This document shows, in pieces, positions 53,584-64,000 of a DNA stretch of 64,000 nt. The DNA is from Octopus vulgaris. Lineage: Eukaryota. The DNA is taken from assembly GCA_951406725.2 (NCBI GenBank), contig OX597831.1:63488001-63552000 (forward strand). The letters run 5' to 3'. The translations under genes were made by a program, and so were the position numbers. The notes below the pieces were generated by a model. That model was not told the DNA's origin. It saw nothing but the letters and a program-made list of their open reading frames with translations, and ran no database searches. Position 1 is the stretch's first letter. Each line of letters begins with the position of its first letter.

Positions 53584-54774
53584 CTGTACTGTTTTATAGC
53601 TGAAAGGTTGTACAGCAGGTCAACGGCGCTATTGTATAGCTGTAAGGCTACCCATCTAGTAAATTATACGGCTTTGTAGTCGTAAAACAGTACAGTGGTC
53701 GTATGCTTTGCTGATTGCAGCCAGTATTTGGGTAAAGAGATTGTGACAGTAAAGTAATTTAGCTGATGTTATATTACTAAGAAACGAAGCGAAACATCAG
53801 CAACTGAGCCCGTAGTAGTAGTGACAGCAACAGCATCCCCGACTTCCTATGCAACCGCTGAGCCTGGATGCGCATTCATCCATCCGTCGATGCCCTTGGT
53901 GTCGAGGATGGACCTGCTCTCTCTTCTGGGACCTTTTTCAGCAGTGCTACTACCCCTCATTTCACAACAATGCGATTTCTCTGGTTCTACTGCCAGTTGC
54001 GATAAACATCTGCCAAGTTGTTGCCGAACAAGTCTGGTATATATGCATTAAATGAGGACAGTTGCTCATTAAGCATCGAGTCATTTCTTCTCATATTGCA
54101 GTGGCTATTACCAGCCTTTCACCACACTCTCCCAGCGATAGGACGTTGAAGCAGGTATCAATCCTACAATCAAACTCACCACTTGTTCTGGATAGCCGAA
54201 GGAATACCAATGAAAAGTTGCACATTTCAGTTCATAATCAAGTAACATGCCCTATCATGACCCGTCGAAGACCGAATGATGACTTTTGTTGCCGCGTTGT
54301 GCCTACACCTCATTTGAACCCATCGAATAGCTTTGTTTCTTTTGTGTTTTAGAGCACCCTTCTAACTAGCCCTTCTAAGTTTCGAACTAGATTTCCCTGT
54401 AGTCTTTTTTTTTTCCTGTCGCTATTTCCATTACTGCAATCGCCCTTTTCAGAGCTAAACATCATTCGTTTTGGCGATTGTCCCCGTCAGCTTCCGCTTA
54501 GCTAATTCAATAAAAATGTCTCTGTAAGTTTGCTGCGCCGGTAAAGAAACGCCCAGCTTCCAGTAACCGGGTTGGGCAGATACCTGTTCCCAAAGCAACC
54601 CTAACGCACATCCATCTACAGTTATCGTGTGTCGACGCATATAATGAGTTGATTTTTTTTTGTTGCTTCTGCTTGTGTCCTTATTGTTAATGACTTTCTT
54701 TTTCTACATTCGTGTTGCTACTGTGAAATGTTAGAGGTGGGGTGGCGTTAGTAGTGTTAGTATTGTTGCTGTTG

Positions 54775-55126
54775 TTGTTTGTTTGTTTGTTGAGCAAAGC
54801 GGTCTTCGTGGGAGAAGTCCGAAACGTTGTCCTTTGCTATTCGTAAGACCCGCAGAAGAGAAAGCAGGTCAACCCCCGACACCGAGAGCATCGACGGATG
54901 AATGAATGCGCATCCAGGCTCAGCGGTTGTGTAGGAAGTCGGGGACGAGAAGCAGGAAGCAAGGGCGAAAGAGTACAACAGGGGTCGCCACCACCCCCTG
55001 CCGGAGCCTCGTGGAGCTTTAGGTGTTTTCGCTCAACAAACACACACAACGCCCGGTCTGGGAATCGAAACCGCAATCCTCCGACCGCGAGTCCGCTGCC
55101 CTAACCACTGGGCCATTGCGCCTCCA
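54775..55126 (-). mobile_element. SINE family C head with a third tail type ending in (CAAA)n
   Basis: The head matches 20991. The body and tail are shared only with 53835-53926. Confidence 0.8.
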
Positions 55127-56684
55127 CTGTTGTTGCTGTTGATGCTTTAGGTGCTGCTCACATTCTTGCAGCTGGAACTGCAACAACGGCTATTGCGTTT
55201 CGATATTAATTCTGTTGCTGTTGCTGTTGTAGTTGTTACTGGTGCTAGCGCATTTGATACTGCGGTGCCGGAAGTGTTGTTGTTGTTGTTGAAGGAAGAA
55301 TGGCTTGAGGTGATGGGTGTTGCCAAAACTGTAGTATTTAGGTCTTTCACCAGTCTTACCACCTCCAGCTGTTGTCGTCCTGGGATTTCTGTTTTGTCGA
55401 AGTTCTTATACAGTGCCTCGGATTTCACCTAAGTCAGGATCTCTATAACTCATTCAACCCAATTAAATAGTTTCTTTTATTTCTAGCGTTGTGTATTAAC
55501 CTCTTCCAACACAACACAGTCCGCCACCCACCAGAATTCTAGTTCATGTCAATCCAATTGTATGTTTGCAGTTTTTACCCGGATCATTCTCTGTCCCAGA
55601 TAAATTAGTATAAGTGAAGTATTTCTTGGTCGTTGTTTTGGAAGAAACATTTACTCATATACAGCCATACTTGTGTGACTTCTTCCCAAATAGTAGAGAA
55701 ATAACTTATGGACAGGCGTATTATTTGTGCAAGTGTTCTAAATTTTAAAATGATGCTATATTTAAAATTAGTGCCATATATATCCATCCTCTTCCAAAGA
55801 AGAATATGCCACTTAAATATCTTTCAGGGCTGTCTCCAAATCGTGTTTAAATGGACTCAAAAAATCTGCTGTCTTTCGCAAGACACAGGTATCTTAATTT
55901 TTGCTGCTCACGGGCCTCTGTAATTAATTGTAGAAGGCTGGTTTTAGTTCGCTGCACAAAATATTTCCCATTTTTTTTATCCCTCGAGTAAACATATCGT
56001 ATCCAGAGTTTTCCCGTTGGACAAAACACTAGCAGAAAACGATTCATCGATGTTCGTGTTTACATACGAAGCGATATGCATATGCATATTGTTGTTGTTG
56101 TTGTTGTTGTTGTTCTTCTTCTTCTTCTTCTTCTTCTTCTTCTTCTTCTTCTTCTTCTTCTTCTTCTTCTCCTTCTTCTTCTTCCTCTTCTTCCTCCACC
56201 TCCTCCTCCTCCTCCTCTTCTTTACAAAATTTTTGCTCAGTTGACTTAGTGTTTATTATCAATATTTTAAGTTGCAATTACATGTGCATTTTTTTTTTGT
56301 TGTTGTTGGGGGTGAAATTTATAGTTTTGCACGTTTTAAGTTTTCTTTAATTGGGCGTGGCGTGAAATGTTCATGCCCATCCCACATATTGTGTGTATGG
56401 TTAACGTGAGGAGAGGAATATTATTGAATCTGAAAACAAACAATCGTTGTGTTTTGTTTTCTTTAGCCCAGGAAGAGTTGACAACAAACTGTATGAAGTC
56501 ATCTGAATGCGAATATTATTGATAAAAGATCCATTCCAGCTAGGAATATCTTTTGCTTTCCCGAGAGACTTGTGAAACACCTCTACTTGGTTAGCAGTGA
56601 ATAATAATAATAACAATAGTAATAGTAATAATAATAATAGTAATAATAATAATAATAATAGTAATAGTAATAGTAATAATAATA

Positions 56685-56732
<48 letters not shown>

Positions 56733-56757
56733 GTAATAGTAATAATAATAATAATAG

Positions 56758-57305
56758 ATGCAGTACCAGGCAGTGGCTCGCATGGCTTCTGATCTTAACT
56801 GATTGGAAGTGTTATCATGTACATTGCTTTGTCTTGGTATAAAAGATGGGCTACAGCAAATATTCTGCTCAATACCACAGATTTGCTTGTCAGTTGTTTG
56901 ACCTTAACCAGTTGAGCATGTCCCTTAGTGGCTGACGATATGTGCATCTCTGATCACGAGCAGAAGTAGTGGGGGAGCATCATAGCCATGTGTTGAGAGG
57001 GATTCTTTGGGGTTTGAATAATTCACCTCTGGAAACATGGTTGGTTCTTTCAACATCCTTAAACAACCCTTATTCAGGGACCTTTTGAGCGGGATGGGCT
57101 ACTCAACCTGAAGAAAATTCTAACTGGGCCCCACCTGCAAGGTCATGTGCTGTTTATCTTGATATGGGATCACCATGTCGCACACATATGGTTGTGATGC
57201 ATGTGCCTGGTGTACCTTTATCAGACGGGTAGTCATGATGGGTATATTGGGCTTCGTATATTTTACCCCGGTGTCACTTTGATGGCATGCACTGCTCTCT
57301 CACTC
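56758..57305. mobile_element. About 550-bp insert between two (TAA)n tracts; probable part of a TAA-targeting Dong/R4-like element
   Basis: Complex sequence bounded on both sides by (TAA)n. The family assignment is an inference from target preference. Confidence 0.45.
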
Positions 57306-57410
57306 AATAATAATAATAGTAATAGTAATAATAATAATAGTAATAATATTAATAATAATAATAACAATAATGATAATAATAATAACAACAACAACAACAA
57401 CAACAACAAC

Positions 57411-57453
<43 letters not shown>

Positions 57454-57540
57454 TAATCTCAATGTAATTTCTATGTAATCTCAAGTTTTAAAACAAACAT
57501 AATTTTCGTATGGTTTTTTTAGACAGTCACTAGTACAACA

Positions 57541-57669
57541 CTAAGTACAAAACCAAATATATGGCACACTAGGCATAACACCAACATGAACTTCCAGCTT
57601 GTTGTCTCTTGAGGTCTCTGGGTGAGACTTGGAGCCAGCTTGTGCAAATGTAAAGCAAAAGTCAAACAT

Positions 57670-57757
<88 letters not shown>
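57541..57757 (+). mobile_element. Probable Dong/R4-like 3' UTR followed by (TAA)n
   Basis: A hairpin-like end 'gtctcttgaggtctctgggtgagacttggagcc' lies directly before (TAA)n. Confidence 0.45.
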
Positions 57758-57759
<2 letters not shown>

Positions 57760-57799
57760 GTAAACGTATGAATATATATAAATATATGTGTATGTATAT

Positions 57800-58106
57800 C
57801 TTTTATCTTTTGCTTGTTTCACTCATTAGTCTGCAGCCATGCGGCGGCATCGCCTTGAAAGATTTTAGTTGGACGATTCGACCCCATTATTTATATTTTT
57901 AAAGCCTGGTATTTTTTCTATTTAAGTGACATATTCTTCTTCGGAAGAGGATGGATATATATGGCACTAATTTTAAATATAGCTTCATTTTAAAATTTAG
58001 AACGGGGCGAAAACACTTGCTCAAATAATACGCCTGTTCATAAGTTATTTCTCTACGGGGACTTAAACACACCAACACCGGTTGTCAAACGATGGTGGGA
58101 CACACA

Positions 58107-58188
<82 letters not shown>

Positions 58189-58312
58189 ACAGATTTTCAA
58201 ATTCTATCAACAAAATCCACTCACAAGGCTTTGGTTGGCCCAAGGCTATAGCAGAAGACTGAACCCAGAACCATGTAGTTGAAAAGCTAACTTGTTACCA
58301 CATAACCACGCC
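57800..58312 (-). mobile_element. SINE family A (diverged), interrupted by a foreign segment of about 135 bp
   Basis: Tail at 57800-57920 and the remainder at 58057-58312. Confidence 0.7.
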
Positions 58313-58351
58313 TTTACACACACACACGCACACACACACAGATCTGTATGG

Positions 58352-58490
58352 TTTTTATTAATAATCGGCAAAAGTTACAAAGTGACTCCAGGGCCGAGAG
58401 CTTTGTGAGTTCATACATTTGATAAGTACTCATACACAAAACTCTCCTCCTTGAGTCACTCTGTAACTTCTGCCAATTACTAATGAAAAA
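58352..58490. repeat. Imperfect hairpin (old MITE-like)
   Basis: 'ggcaaaagttacaaagtgactc' pairs with 'gagtcactctgtaacttctgcc'; the outer and inner arms also pair. Confidence 0.65.
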
Positions 58491-59537
58491 ATAATGTGTA
58501 TATACTCATGCTTTGAGTCCCCTTTTCCCGTTTGCATCACCAGATCTAAATATATTTCAATCTATTCATAGATGTATGTGTGTATGTATATATGTACATG
58601 TATGTGTATTTGTGTATATACACATGTATATAACTACTGTCTGCAGGCAGTGTCCGTTTCCTATACAGGCAAGGATTCCTCCACCTCTCTCCTAGAGATA
58701 CTTTCGTGTTATTTAATAATTTGAAACACTACCAGGGTATATAGATATCAAGTTGAATTATAACTTCACAAAGAAAATAAATTATTGAATTTTTTTCTAT
58801 ATTTCCATATCATTTAAAACATTTGATAAAAGATTTTTTTTTTCATTCAAAACAATTGAAATGCTTTACTACAATGGTAGGTCTTCTCTCTAGAATGTTT
58901 TTGCATTGATTCAAACATAATTCCAGAGACTCGTAAACAAGTCAATACTGGTATCGATAATTTTATATATTTAATACGAAAATTCTAATCATAAGGAAAA
59001 AAACCGCTTATAAAAATCAATTAAAAAGTGTTATCATTCATAAAGAATTATTTTTAAAAGTATCAAAATATGAAACATTTTCATATCGATTAAAATTTCA
59101 TCTAGTAATATTAGCATACCATCTATCGCATATTCTACTAATAAATTACCATAAATATATCATATACAAACTAGTAGAGATGGAACGACCATGAGGATAA
59201 GCTATTTCCCACTGTTTTCTTTTTTATGAGAAGTTTTCTTGTAATTCAGACTAAACCTCATTGGCTCAGTATACCTAGTCGTCAACTAACAAAATATCTG
59301 GAAATGTCAACCGGCATAGACCGGTGCCCTTGTCTATGGGCAAAATTTATACCTAAGATGCTTCAGGTCATGAAACGGAGAGCTAGCTCATCTTCGCCTA
59401 AAATTCCTTCTCGAGTCTTAGAATACATACACACGCGCATGCAAGCCCCTCCCCACCAAAATTCATCCAAGCACACATACCCACACCTACCTACCACCCT
59501 ACATTTATATACACATATTTATATATATACATATATA

Positions 59538-59723
59538 GAGAGAGTTTACGAAAACAAAAAGACGAAGACAGGTGGTGTACAAAACAAACAGATGTATTAG
59601 TATAGCGCTCAGGAATAGAAGACGTCTTTTACGTTTCGAGCCTACGCTCTTCTACAGAAAGGGACACAGAAAAAAACAAGGAGAGAATGAAATGTGTGTA
59701 GTGGCTAACGATCTATCATGGCG
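59538..59723 (-). mobile_element. Family E repeat with HHR-like motif (59626-59661)
   Basis: Minus strand: cttt-CTGTAGA-a-gagc(gtag)gctc-GAAA-cg-TA-aaag. Confidence 0.7.
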
Positions 59724-59789
59724 ACATATATATATATATATACACACGTGTGTGTGCATACAAAATACAGCTTACATAATTTTTCTACT

Positions 59790-59980
59790 ATAAGCACAGG
59801 GCCTGAAATTTGATGGGAGGGTGCTAGTCGACTACATTGACTCCGGTAATTGACTGGTATTGATTTTATCGACCCTGAAAGGATGAAAGACAAAGTCGAC
59901 TTCGTTGGATTTTGAACTTGGAACGGAAAATCGGAAGAAATGCCGTTGAGCCTTATGTCCGGCGTAGTAACGATTCTGCC
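59790..59980 (-). mobile_element. SINE family B (diverged)
   Basis: 'tttatcgaccctgaaaggatgaaagacaaagtcgac...ttgaact'. Confidence 0.65.
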
Positions 59981-60409
59981 TTACAGTTTTATATAAAAGA
60001 ATCGATAAAAAGGGTACAAATCCAGCGTTTCAGACAGAATCCTACCTGAGGAAAAGTTAACAGGAGAGGCATTAATTTTCCTGAAGGACTCTTTTCGAAT
60101 CGTTAGATTTTCCATTCCTCACGGAAAGTTCACGGTACTCTTTTTTTGTTATCGATTTTACTAATTAATACATGTCTTGTTGGCGCAAAACAGCACCGTC
60201 TCTTAGGAGACAGTTTGACCTTATATATAACGAACGCAAATAATGACAGCCATAAGATATTATAAATGCACTGTCCGGGTGCGTCTTAGAACAATAGCTC
60301 GATATTTATTGGCAGTTATGTCAGGACATTAAAATTTCACTTGTACTCTCTTTACATGTAAACTGATCTATTCCCAATACTTTATTAATAGAGGCTGATA
60401 TATATGTTC

Positions 60410-60870
60410 CTTAGGATCTCCTTTGGCCTGCGCTAGGGAGTTTTAAGGTGAAATGCAGTGCGCGCAAACTTGCCCCACCCTTTAAGCACGAGGTTCATCT
60501 GCCATGGCCTAGCGAGCTGGGACGGTGACAGCGAGATCCTCGGGCCGTAGGTTTAAAGTCGGAGTTATCCTCTCCTAGGAGGGTTGCCAACCATGACTGA
60601 CGAGCTCATCCTGTCCGTGCCATCCAAACCATAGCGAAAGAGAGAGACACACACAAAGCACTCCACACACACGTTGTTGGATTGCCGTTGACTACGCTGT
60701 AGTTCTTCCGGCCTTTGTGTCAGGTCACTTGTGTGCTACTGGTACTATGTAGTCCAGTACAACCTGTCGGGTCGTCGGCGACTAAACTGGCAAACCCACC
60801 AGGCTTGCTTGGTGAGGCGGGTATTTGTTGGGCACCCGGCAGGACAAAAGATAAGACCTGTCAAAGGGCA
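60410..60870 (-). mobile_element. Probable RTE-type 5' UTR fragment
   Basis: GC-rich island. The minus-strand 'gagctcgtcagtcatggttggcaaccctcctaggagaggataactccgactttaaacc' resembles RTE 5' UTRs (from recall). Confidence 0.4.
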
Positions 60871-61249
60871 GATATATATGGTATCATCACAATAAAACAT
60901 AAAGCCCCAAGATTTCAAAATATTAGAATGAAATAATTAAGCATTTAAAACAGTGGTTACCTTGGGGTGGGGCGGAAAGATCCGGGGTGGAGGGCATTGA
61001 AGAAAAGTGGGGCGATAATCGGGTGTAAAAACAACAAAATAATGGGTTAATTCGGTTAAGTTTTATTTGTGAATACAATTGTTTTGAATTTGCTGGAAAA
61101 AGTGGTCTATGTTTGTGGTGGTGAGTGGGGAAGTGGCGCTAGGAATGTGACCGAGGTGCTAAGGGGGAGGCAGCCCGAAAATGTTTCGGAGTCACTGATT
61201 TAAAACATATAATACAAACATTGTAAGTTGGTGTATATATATATATATA

Positions 61250-61440
61250 TACGAAAAAAGCAACAAAAAACGAAGACAGGTGGTGTACAAAACAAACAGA
61301 TGTATTAGTACAACGCTCAGGAATAGAAAAAGTCTTTTACGTTTCGAGCCTACGCTCTTCTATAGAAAGGGACACAGAAAACAAGGAGAGAAACAAAGAG
61401 AGAAAAAATGTGTGTAGTGGCTAACCATCTATCATGGCGT
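61250..61440 (-). mobile_element. Family E repeat with decayed HHR-like motif (61334-61369)
   Basis: As 59538-59723, but with core CTATAGA. Confidence 0.7.
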
Positions 61441-61443
61441 CTC

Positions 61444-61485
<42 letters not shown>

Positions 61486-61827
61486 GACAGGCTTTCGCAC
61501 AATTTCTTCTTACAAAATTCATTCACAGGCTATTGGTTGACCTGGGTCTATCATAGAAACCATTTGCTCGAGGTGCCGCAAAGTAGGACTGAAACAACAT
61601 GTTTGCAAAGAGAAGTTCTTATTAGAAAAAGAAAATTCTACAAAAAATACTGGCTGAAGGAGTATCATTCAATTATGCTCGGTCAATATAATTGCAATTG
61701 TCTGAGATGAGCAGAATTCACTTTCTTCGTCTGTATGCTTAAAGTTATTGGACTACAATCGTCAGCCTAGAAATTAGTGCGATTGTTCACAGACTGAAAT
61801 GAAGAATTGTTGCCATATCTAATGTGC

Positions 61828-61882
61828 ATAATAATAGTGATAATGATGATGATGACGACGATGGTGGTGGTGGCGGTGGTGG

Positions 61883-61956
<74 letters not shown>

Positions 61957-61991
61957 TTAATAATAATAACAACAATAACAATAACAATAAC

Positions 61992-62047
<56 letters not shown>

Positions 62048-62048
62048 C

Positions 62049-62119
<71 letters not shown>

Positions 62120-62138
62120 TAACAACAATAACAATAAC

Positions 62139-62206
<68 letters not shown>

Positions 62207-62222
62207 TAACAACATTATAATA
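61828..62222. repeat. (GAT)n/(GGT)n/(TAA,CAA)n trinucleotide tract
   Basis: Directly visible. Confidence 0.95.
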
Positions 62223-62414
62223 ATGTTCTTGAGTAATCTTTTTTTTTAATATTATGATTTTCTAGGATGCACTTGTATGAAATGTGATAATTTGTATCAA
62301 ATAACTAAATATTAATTAGCAGTTATCCACTTGCCTAATTAACTTCTCAAATTTCCATACAAGAACGCAGATTTCTGTAATATTATATATATAACAGCAT
62401 TATATGCGTGCGAG

Positions 62415-62477
<63 letters not shown>

Positions 62478-63164
62478 GTATATATGAGTATGTGAATATG
62501 TATAAGAGGGAGAGAAATATCATTTGGATGCATTAGGTGTTACTACCTGTTGGAAAGAGAGAACTCTACGTTTGGAGACAAAAATTTATTGACCGATTCC
62601 ACGAAAATGTGCGCGCTTGAGTATGCGTGTGTGTGTGTGCGCGCGCGTGCTTGTGTGTGCGTGTGTGTGTGTTTTTAGTTCCTTAGTATGTTACAGTCAT
62701 CACGTCTAAGGTCATCCAGATGTCACACGCAATTCATTGTTATGTTTCCTTGTGTCTGAGCATCGTTAGGTTTTCCGATTATGGTGCTGTGCTTCTTGTA
62801 CACACACATATGCACTCATACACACATACACACACACTTATACACATCCACGCATATACACACTCACATACACACGTATGTATGTGAGTGTGCGTACGTC
62901 TGTCTGTCTGTGAGTGGGCGTGTGTTGTTTCCTGTTCATTTATTGACAACTCTTGGCAAAACCCGAGGCAATTCCCGGCTTACAAACTAGTTCCGTTGTT
63001 TCGGTCTTTAAATCGGATTTATATGTCAGTCGGAAGAGTTAAGTACACTTCGTATTAGTTTGTCAAATGTTTACCTTTATATATAGTATATATTTTACTT
63101 AAAACCTATTATTGCCCTCACAGATACACACGTACAACAGTGGCTAGGGTTATAATATTTATCT

Positions 63165-63489
63165 ATGGATGGAAGCACTCCGTCGGTTACGACGACGAGG
63201 GTTCCGGTTAATCCGATCAACGGAACAGCCTGCTCGTGAAATTAACGTGTAAGTGGCTGAGCACTCCACAGACACGTGTACCCTTAACGTAGTTCTCGGG
63301 GATATTCAGCGTGACACAGAGAGTGACAAGGCCGGCCCTTTGAAATACAGGTACAACAGAAACAGGAAGTAAGAGTGAGTTTTAGGTGTTTTCGCTCAAT
63401 AAACACTCACAACGCCCGGTCTGGGAATCGAAACCGCGATCCTACGACCGCGAGTCCGCTGCCCTAACCACTGGGCCATTGCGCCTCCT
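63165..63489 (-). mobile_element. SINE family C head with the 8670-type tail
   Basis: Head 63380-63489 matches 20991, and tail 63165-63378 matches 8670-8850. Confidence 0.8.
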
Positions 63490-64000
63490 ATTTATCTATA
63501 TTCCCTACCACATAAATGATAAAATAGTCTGCATTGAAGTTGGGAGAAGTTGGCAGAAAAATATGTATTGAACTCGTTGAAAAAAAATTGTGAGGAACAT
63601 GAATATAAGTCTAGCTTGCTATCTAATTTGAAACGAACTAAGCGGTTTTACAGTTTCTGTCTCTTTTTTTTTTTTTTCTCTTAAGTTTCAAATGCTCTCA
63701 TTTTCTTATCTGTAAGCCATAAGGAAATTTATCAATCTTTTCAAGTCTTATCTAATTTTATAAATACTCTTTCAAGTATTTTTATGTGGTTAATCCTCTG
63801 GAACACCTTACAACGATGAGGAAACGACATTTCCGAAATCGGCCGTCTGTGATTATGGAGAGGATAAATACCAAAATTTTAAAAGAAACTAAATTATTAA
63901 AAATAGATACCGAAATTGAAATGGCGTTTTATAATTATTTTATGAAGAGAGAACAATACAGAATATTTCCAGCAAACTGCACAAGCAGGAGAATCGGCCG

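Noticed and set aside
60591-60645. CTGACGA-gct...agc-GAAA hammerhead-like motif
   Set aside because: No complementary arms for stems I and III could be found; probably coincidental.
60700-60870. HDV-like ribozyme expected at an RTE 5' end
   Set aside because: I could not assemble the double pseudoknot by eye; it needs a descriptor search.

Overview
AT-rich, microsatellite-saturated animal DNA that is intergenic or intronic. I found no host protein-coding gene I can support. The SINE repertoire and the (TA)n/(TACA)n/(TAA)n load suggest a cephalopod (octopus) genome; this is an inference. Most ORFs in the supplied track are simple-repeat artefacts. The window holds several tRNA-derived SINE families and fragments of RTE, R4/Dong-like, Tx1/L1-like, CR1-like and Penelope-like retroelements. 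DNA elements include a mariner remnant, a full-length but decayed Chapaev3-type transposon with TIRs and TTA TSD, a 428-bp MITE with an 8-bp TSD and Helitron-like elements. The main hidden signal is RNA structure: 15 minimal type-I hammerhead ribozyme (HHR) motifs, intact or decayed, in about eight unrelated sequence contexts. Most have self-complementary stem III, and several carry non-canonical cores (CCGANGA, CUGUAGA). The best candidate system is a young, ORF-less, retrozyme-like partial tandem at 21333-21907, whose two identical HHRs would release a 360-nt unit. All family assignments come from motif recognition by eye, not database searches.
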